From the NCBI GenBank assembly GCA_040954595.2, contig CM082583.2, positions 10,057,656 to 10,121,655 of the forward strand: a stretch of 64,000 nucleotides of DNA, given 5' to 3'. This document shows, in pieces, positions 55,662 to 64,000 of this stretch. The notes beneath the pieces are model-generated. The model was given only the letters and a program-made list of their open reading frames with translations, did no database searches and was not told the origin of the DNA. Source of the DNA: Balanoglossus misakiensis (taxonomy: Eukaryota; Animalia; Hemichordata). Each line of letters opens with the position of its first letter. Position 1 is the stretch's first letter. A program made the position numbers and the translations under genes.

Positions 55662-56621
55662 ATGGATCTTTTCAAATTTGAGGAGAGCGGGGACGAGGAG
55701 GAACCGAGGGTGAGTGCCTTAGAGGGTTTGATGCACCCTCTGCAGATGGCCATGGTGTCTGTGCCAGTGGAAGCCACCAAGGTCTCCGGTGTTCCAGGGC
55801 GGCAGGGTAGTGTTAGCAGCGCCGGGGAAATGCACACAGCAGGTGTTGAGTGCGGATTTGGAAGGGGCGAGCTACCTGCGACCGGGAAGGACGAAACCGA
55901 CGGAGGATTAGACGAGGCCGAAAGTAGTCTGACAGAAAGTTGCATGGGTGAAGATCTGAAACCAGATATTCAAGTAACTGATACGGTCTCCGCTGCTGGT
56001 GATGATGATTCTCTCGCGGCCACGGAGAGTTTGAAAGCTGACATCACCGAATTTCGATTCCTCAGTGGTGAGGCGGTGGAATTTAAGATCTGCTCCCCCA
56101 GGAGGAAGAGGTTTGATGAGGAGGGCGGTGGAGACGCTGTGGAATTACTGACAGGTGCCGCTGATGAGGTCTCGCAACCGCGGTGCGTTGAAAGTGGGCA
56201 GGTGTCGGAAGCGAACCCAGCTGAAGGGAGGGGAAGACAATTAGCCAGTGATGAGGGCCTGGAAAGTAAGAACGAGGAATCAGATATCAATCCGGGGGGA
56301 GAGGCGGGATCCGGGCCTCTGGAAGATGCGGAAAAATTACGCCAGCACGATTCCAACCTGGAGGCCGCGAAAGATCTCGGCACGGACAAACAACTCGAAG
56401 AAGCTGCCAGGGTGAAAAATCAACAAGGCATTGAGAGAGGGCCGGAGGGAATTGAAGAGGCCGCAACGGGACAGTGGTGGACCGTGTTGGAAAAGAAGAA
56501 AACCCAATCACCGGGAAAGAGGAGCTTCGCAAAAGTTGTTTTGTCACAGATGTCCTCGCCCAGAGATTCCAGGGAATCTTTGATGAGTTGGGAATCCTTT
56601 CAAACGAGACAGGTCAAATCT
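55662..56621 (+). CDS. unc-13: Putative alternative first coding exon of unc-13 (320-codon acidic, disordered N-terminus)
   Basis: Longest ORF in the window and GC-rich. In-frame TGA at 55650-55652 precedes the ATG, which has Kozak context acgATGg. tct|gtaagt donor at phase 0 is compatible with exon 62146. Confidence 0.72.
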
Positions 56622-59600
56622 GTAAGTTGTACATTGTCTTTACAAATTTAGGATGGGCCATAATGATCGAGTGTGAGTTCTTTCTGTTGGTATTAAGTAA
56701 TTTATTTATTAGAAAGAGTGCTAATTTATATTAGCAGGTTACTTTTGTTTTTAACAGTGAAATTGTCTCGTTTTAATGGTAAGTAAAGTACTCAATTACA
56801 TATTCTTTCACTTGATGCTTTTGTTTGCCTAAAATAGTGTGGAGACTTCACTCATGTTTTAAAGGTAAGTTTTATTATTATGTTTTAAAGAATATGTGCA
56901 ATATATGAAATTCTCCATGGATTATATACTAAACAAGGGATTGTGTCAGCTGTCATACACTGGTGACAATGAAAGAGTGTTTGGAGTATGGACAATTCTA
57001 ATATCAGTGTTAATGTACCCTAGTCTACCATATAATGAATATCAGCTTCAACTTTGTGGATGCGTCTGAATTCTCCCCTCTGTGTTGCAAACTGTTCCAC
57101 AACAAGATTGATTGGTTGCAATTATTGTTTTGATGGGTTTATCAGCTTCATGTATCTGTGTTGTGCCCATTACCACTAACAACAAGGTCACAGAGTCAGA
57201 CATCTTTTAAATGTATTTTAACACGGGGTCAAGTCGCAAAAAAGGAATGGTCTTGAACTCAGTTTGAATTCCAGTTCTGAATCAGGTCACTTTAATAGCC
57301 AGGTAAAGTGCAAAGAGATAACATAAAGACTTCTCTCAATACCAGGAAATTTGTTTCAAAGTCAGGTCCTAATCCGGAAATAACGAGCAAGGTTCCAAAA
57401 TCCTCAGTTATGCATTGTGTTCATAGTATATACATGTACTTGGGATTTTACAGCAACTTTATTGACACAAAACTTTTTACCATCCGTGTTTCAACCATTA
57501 GTATTGCAAGCTGAAATTTTGTGAATAGATGGAAGTTGTTACGTATACATGAAGCAACAGTAAGCATTTTTATCTTGTTTTTATCACATTTATTTCTTTA
57601 CGTGCCCATGTAAACATCACAGAAAAGGCTAATCTTTGAAATCTGTAGAGTATAGATAGTGGTAGGAAAGCAAGGATTTTTTTATCAGATGATAAAAACG
57701 AGGAGCTTTATGAGCTTCCGGAATACCTGTCAAATTTCAGCCCACATGACTTATTACAAATATTTATCAGTGAATTTTCAACTACATGTACATGTATTGC
57801 ATATCAAACAAGAGCGGTGTTTACATCTGTCTGTCTGTCCATCAATCCAACTATATCGTTGTGTGTAGGAGAATTAAATGTAATTAAATTATAATACTGG
57901 ACAAATTAGTCAATTAAGGAGCTTTAATTATCTATGCATGTGTCTTGAAACATTTTACTTTTTCACTAGTTTGATAGTTTGAAAAAGTAAAGTTGATCAC
58001 AGACTACTGTACTTTATTCCATTCTTAATATGATTCATAAATTGAGTTTAAGTGTCAGAGTGAAAAATTGCAACTTGTTATCTGAGCTTATCAACTCAGG
58101 ATACAGCTGTCCTGTTATTAATAATGCAAAGCAACTTTTTTTTCCTTACACAATTTCATATTAAAACATGGATTAAACATGACATAACTGTTAAATTGTT
58201 AATGAATTGTAGCGTGCATAGAAAGACTGGCGAACCCCTCTAGTAATTAAAAATTACTTCTTTCTTGGGTCCCGTTAATTTGCAATGAATAATTAATGAA
58301 TTAGTAATCAATAAAAAACAATGCATTTTGTACGTGCAGACACAGCTTGGGAAATCAAGAACTTTGTTATCATGTTGAGGTGGGTAGTTTTGTACTGAGG
58401 CAGTCATCATACAACTGCTGCGCTACGCATGTTCATAAAAAATTGTAGTTGATAGTACCTGATGACAGTATGTTGTAAATCTTTCTGGTATTAGATGGTT
58501 CAGATGAATACACAAGGGGTCTTGATCACCCTAATTTATCTTGATATTCAACTGTTGTACTCTACGCGAGTGAGATGACTGCATTTTAATGAATTATTCA
58601 ACGACAAAGCAAAGTTAATAAACTATACTCTACTGGCTGGAAGGCTGAGGTTTCATTTCATATTCATGTTGACATTAAGGGATTTCAATCCCAAACCCTA
58701 ATGTTTGCTTTAAATTCGCCAACGGTCAGCTGTCAGATTTTGCAAGTGATTAAATTTATTGCCCTGTATAAAATTTTCAATGTACAATATTCTGTGTCAT
58801 GTCCATGTTTTAACACGAAATCATGGTTGAATTATGTGGGGTTTTATATAAACTTGAACTTAAAAAACCTTGACCTCAAGATCTATTTTGCAGGACATGG
58901 TGATGGCCACAGTGGAGTACAGCTGCGTGTTTATGCCTAATACAATGAAATGACAATTTGCAGCTGTCAAGATTAATTATCCCAAACTGTGAACAGAAAA
59001 AACATGTTTATTGAGGATGTCTAATATTTGAAAAACTGATGTACAGCATATATATCATAATGAAACTGCTAATGATTTAAGAAGCTTTGGAGATGTTATT
59101 GTACAGTCGCATTGCAAGCAGAATAGGAGCTCTTCTGATTATTTGTAGACATCATTTCTCTCCAGGGAAAAAATTCCACATTCAAATGATCCAGATGATG
59201 AGTTTTTTCTTCAAATATACCCAATGCAGCATTTGATAATCTTGAGGTTTTTCCCCCAGATGTAATACATATCAACCAATGCATTTGTGTCCAGTGGTTA
59301 CTTATGTGAACGTGAAAATTATGCCAGTCAATAATCTTGGATATTATTTGAGCAAATCGATGCCTTCAAAGAAACAGTAAACATTGTTAGTTATGCTTTA
59401 ATAGATCATTATTGTGCGTTTGTTGTCACAGACTGCATTCTTGATAAACAGTGAGCAAATTTTCAACATAGCCGCCTTTTTCTTTATTAAAACCATTGTA
59501 AATTACCAGTGCACTGTGAATCATGTTAGTTTAAACTTTATGCAATATTCCCTAGTTTTTCCGGTCGTGAGTCTAAGTTGTCCTAGTTTACAAGCTATTA

Positions 59601-62145
59601 ATAGGAAATTTAATAATTATAAACCAGGTTATTGATTGAACAATTTGAATTTATAGTTTGGCTGCACCATACAACTACATTGAACAAATTCATCCTGTAG
59701 TATCAGGTTTTCAAAAATTAAAATAAATAAATTGATACCAGTTTTAGTTTGAATTCCACCCAGATTTATTTTTTTTTCCTTAGAGAAAGTTATTTCTTTA
59801 TAAATTTATCAGTGAGATAATATTAGTCTGATGATACTAAAGGTCATGCGCTGGATGATGAGATAATGTCGTGTTACTACATCACCGTATTGCGTATATA
59901 ATCGCCGAAATTGGATCTACAAATCCATGGATCCAGGCTTTATTTGCAGCGAATTGCGATGATTGAATTTTTTATCCCCAAATTAGGAAACCAATGATGG
60001 ATTGACTGTCACTGGAAAGCATTCGGTCGTTACCATAGTTATTCCTGCGTTGTACTCCATATGTTCCGTCACCGTGGTGATTATTGTCATCATAATTTAA
60101 GTCATCGCCCCCCAATCAGCAATCACCGTTGATATGGACCCTCAGTTGTTCATTTACTTTTCTAGTATCCATGGCAACAAGAAATAAAGAAACCTACACT
60201 TGTACTGGTGCTTTTTTGAGGGGCATCAACAATTAAATGAGGAACTGATCATGTGTGTTCATTGATCACGATTTTCAGGTACCATATCATAAGTCATGCA
60301 ATGGTTTTGATTGCGTGACGGCATCAATAATTCTCCTACATAAATTTCTAATTTTTCCCCCATTACTGTTGCAAATGGTCAAACTGAAAGACTTTGTTAT
60401 TCGTAATGACTCGTTATCACGAAAGATGTTCATTTATTTGATATTCATTGACCTCCTGATAATTAGGCATTTGGCTGATAACAGATAACAAAATTGTTTG
60501 AGGTGCAGAATGTCAAATGTGTACATTTAACCGAGATGCATAGAGGCTTGCCTGTTAGGAGTGACGTACAATTCATTTCCTTCTTTTTATAATTATTAAA
60601 TAAGGGTTGATATGAATGAGCACGCGGGATGTAAAGCCTGTCTGGGAGTGGTGTCCAAAAGGTGTGGATACAATGAGAAGCCCCCAAAATATTCTTTTTG
60701 GCTAATTAGTTTTGCGATAATCCTCATTAGCTGTGATAATTGAGTCAGTGAAGGATGACTCTGTTTAGTTGGAGCGATATTTGTTATCTTTTGTTCTTCA
60801 GCAGATCTGGGTTACTCACTGTCTCTCTAGGGAACATGTGATTCATGACAAGTGGTCAGAGTCTGTCAAACATTCTACGTAAATTTGTTCATTTGAACTT
60901 CACAATCACAGGACCGCCAACAACTTTTGTCTGTCACTCTGTAAAATTACACTGACCTAAAAAAAACTTCTAGTCTGTGTTTCTAGTGCATGCCCAGTTG
61001 TTTCTTATTAAATCTGATGGCTTGGATGAATATGACGATTGGCAGGTTGCTGTGCAGATGAGATCATGGCTTTCTCATAAAAATGAATTATTTTTTATGA
61101 CTTTAAGCAGGGGTATTAGCCACAGGAGACTTCAGCAGGTGAACATTTTACAGCTGTGGCAAAGGTGTACATGTCCTTTGGGTTCAAGTCTGAGTGTGTG
61201 AAGGTCAATGTCATCAGGCAGTTAACACCCTTGATGATTATTAGAACCCTGCCTGGATTATATGGGGATTTATGGCGTATGGATGAATATTTAAGTTTGC
61301 TGGTACATGTGTATGTGTGTATTTGGGTTTATCAGTAAGCATTGATGCGTGTATATTGTATGAATGAGTTGATCTTAAGACTGTATGAGTTTGCAGTGTA
61401 TGTATTTGTGGATTTTACTGACAGGTGTTATGTACAAGTTGTATACATGTGGAACTTTGTATGTCGTAGTGAGTCTTATTGGTACCCTGATATGTATGTA
61501 TTGTATGTGAAATACTAGACTGACAATGTTGATTTGAAAGAGAGTTAATGATTGTGGAAAAAACACCACAAACAATTAATTGAAATGTGTAAAGTTTGGT
61601 CTTGTTATCTGACCGTCCATTGTCTACATTACTTCCAGCGCTATATAAGACACATGTTTCTCGATTGACGTGACGTGTATAAGCTTTTTGACATCATAAT
61701 GGAATAATGCATGAAAATGCATGTTTAATGCATGTAGAGCTTGTTAGGGTATATTAAATTATACAATTTATTTATTCTCTACTAATTGGTATTAAATCAA
61801 TAGACAAGAGAAGAGAGATAGAGAGTGTTCCTTGTTCAACATTAATTAGGACTTATATAGCGTTGGAAATAATGGGACATTGGACACAAGCAGAATTGAA
61901 GTGCCCTAATTGTTTAAAAATATTTCCTTGATCAGAAACAGAATGATTTTGGCTGTAATTGTCAATGTTCATTGAGTTTAAATTTTTGTTTGTGCAACAC
62001 AAGTTATTCAGGACACAGCTGAACTGAAATTGTGTCTCCTGTACTCCGATATTTGAATTTTTCACTTTCCGAGCCACCGTCTTGGGACATGTGTAACTTG
62101 ATGACTTCTCCCCCCTCTTATTTTGCATGTGCGGATCAATTGCAG

Positions 62146-62228
62146 AATGGAGATATTGCCAGCGATTTGCCTGATATCCACGGATCAAGAAATGGGAAAT
62201 ACCCGTGGGGAGGTATTGCCAACGGAGG
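62146..62228 (+). CDS. unc-13: unc-13 linker exon, probably shared between isoforms (NGDIASDLPDIHGSRNGKYPWGGIANG)
   Basis: ttgcag acceptor and gg|gtgagt donor, 83 nt, phase 0->2, which bridges the CaM exon (phase 0) to exon 62999 (phase 2). W-GG resembles Munc13-1 LWFKGGPGG. Confidence 0.82.
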
Positions 62229-62998
62229 GTGAGTATAGCTGAGCCGCTCACAGGCCGTGACACAATTGAACCTTTGATGGAAGTGCGACCATTCCGTCTA
62301 GTATCCAGTATGGCAGTTATGGTTATGCTCTGCACTTTCACATTTCGTGTCAATCTATTTTTATCGCAGTTGCTACTTTATAAGCCAAAAATGAAAATCC
62401 CCTGTACTGCCCATTCCTCTGCTTTTCAAGGCCTTGACAAAAAACGACCTCTGGGCTTCTTTTCTCGTTAAGTTTGAGAGGTTGGCTAAATTGCCAAGTG
62501 TGGGCCCAAGTCATTACATGCGACATGAAATTTTATTTATAACATCAATTACGAAGAAACATCACATGTCATCAGTGCGCCATGTTTATACCCAGAGGGC
62601 ACAATTCTATTTTACATGTTTGAAACTGTTTCTGTGGAAGTATTTCTGTTGTAGTTTGGATACACAGTGTTGTAGATATTGGAGTAGCTTCTCTGCACAT
62701 GCTCAGTTGCAGAGGTTTTAGAATTCCACACCCAGGGTACTGGGTCAGTGTAAAGTTAATTTGAAGTTATACTGCCCTCATGTGTTGTTTGTGATATAGT
62801 GTGAACAGCTCTATGGTTGAGAACAAATTTGAACAGCATAATTATCAAGTTCTCGAAGCCATATCACGCTTCCTGTTTTGATGTTTCTTCATCATTTCAT
62901 GTGCAAAGTACAATAATGTCAATGTGAACTGTATGATTGTAGTTTTAATTAAAAAATGTTACCAAGTGAATGTTGTTTATGAATTCTTTTTTTGACAG

Positions 62999-63086
62999 GC
63001 CGAGGCACGAAACCTTCTACAGTGACATAGACTCCATGCCGCAGATCCGACCTCGGAAGAAATCCATTCCTCTGGTTAGCAAACTG
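62999..63086 (+). CDS. unc-13: unc-13 exon preceding the C1 domain (PRHETFYSDIDSMPQIRPRKKSIPLVSKL)
   Basis: T-tract gacag acceptor and ctg|gtaaca donor, 88 nt. Matches the conserved IDSMPDIRKRKPIPLVSDL motif of Munc13. Confidence 0.94.
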
Positions 63087-63298
63087 GTAACAATATTAAA
63101 CACACGTACACACTAACATGGATTGACCCATCGCATGTAGTAGTGTGGCAGTTTGGCTATAACTAACACAACTAAACAATTATTGTCGTAGATGTCTTTG
63201 ATTTTCCTACCATGATATTTAAATTAAGCATAAAAGGTCTAATCCTAGTTTTAAGAATTGCAATCCCTTTAAAAGACAGTATGTAAAGTACATACATG

Positions 63299-63471
63299 TA
63301 CGTCCTTTTCGTCTAGTGCCCTAATGCAGCCATCATGAACTTCAACTCAAAGTGAGGCCTATTGGGAAATCCCCTTGATGTGATTGGTCAATTAACTTTC
63401 CCCATTGGCCTCACTTTGAGTTCAAATTCAAGATGGCTGCATTAGGACGCTAGACTTATGAAAAGGGTGTA
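63299..63471. mobile_element. Palindromic (foldback) MITE-like element, ~170 bp
   Basis: Arms 63304-63369 and 63397-63466 are near reverse complements around a 27-nt spacer, with TA dinucleotides at both ends. Confidence 0.8.
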
Positions 63472-64000
63472 TTATGTCTGTCTGTCGACCCGACTTGCAT
63501 TTGACTTTTGACTTATACTGGTTGGTTCATTTGCGACGATCATATTTGACATCAAACACAAACTCTTGCATCTTTTGCTTCTTGAAAAAAAAATCATGAA
63601 ATAATCAAGTTGGAGACTTGCAAGCCAATCAATATGCGAGATCAATCTCATGCACACAAATAGTAGATTTGTTCGTCAAGGTTTACAATAATTGATATTC
63701 TTCCAGTTTATATATTTAGATAAATTATTTTTTTTTTCAAATTAAAGAATTGTTTTTATATCTGTGTGATTTGCATTCTGTGGAATAGATAACTTTGCTG
63801 TGTTTCACTTCAGTTTATATAATTCAGTGTGTAGATCTTTTTTATCTACTAGAGATTCTTCCTTTTTTCTCTCTCCATTCTTAAGTTCAGTAGTTATATA
63901 ACTAAAATCTGAAAACATCTTTCACTATAAATGCATGTGCTTGTATTCTTTGCTTGCTTTGCTTGTGTAGCATACATGGATGTCACATGACACGCACCTG

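Noticed and set aside
55640-56547. Antisense ORFs over the acidic exon
   Set aside because: Ser/Pro-rich mirror translations typical of a Glu-rich sense ORF.
60802-60880. Acceptor-like ttcagcag with an open frame to ac|gtaaat
   Set aside because: Weak donor and non-homologous peptide; exon 62146-62228 already supplies the needed phase bridge.
61279-61340. Short ATG-initiated candidate first exon (MDEYLSLL...) with gtacat or gtaagc donors
   Set aside because: No coding signal or promoter evidence; such combinations arise by chance.

Overview
AT-rich eukaryotic genomic DNA, almost all intronic. A marine invertebrate source is plausible (frequent TACATGTA words, short MITE-like repeats) but cannot be fixed from this window. 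The window holds the 5' part of one + strand gene, a unc-13/Munc13 synaptic vesicle priming factor. Eight exons with canonical AG/GT boundaries join in frame: 27897-28014, 28499-28622, 30183-30299, 32272-32468, 32812-33518, 34741-34918, 62146-62228 and 62999-63086. They encode the C-terminal part of the C2A domain, the SEDSDYTSD motif, a Tyr/Asp- and SPR-repeat disordered segment, the calmodulin-binding helix (RWYSAFNKVRIHL) and the DSMPxIRPRKKSIPLVS motif that precedes C1. I did not find the first C2A exons, which are presumably upstream; C1, C2B, MUN and C2C lie beyond the window end. Inside the 27-kb intron is a 960-nt acidic coding exon (55662-56621) with its own Kozak ATG and a phase-0 donor, most likely an alternative N-terminus replacing C2A and the CaM site. 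Other items: a 4-copy ~90-bp MITE family, a ~170-bp palindromic element, a 45-nt exon copy in a nearby intron, many RFX X-box-like motifs and splicing-regulator motif clusters. No prokaryotic system, CRISPR array or RNA gene is supported.
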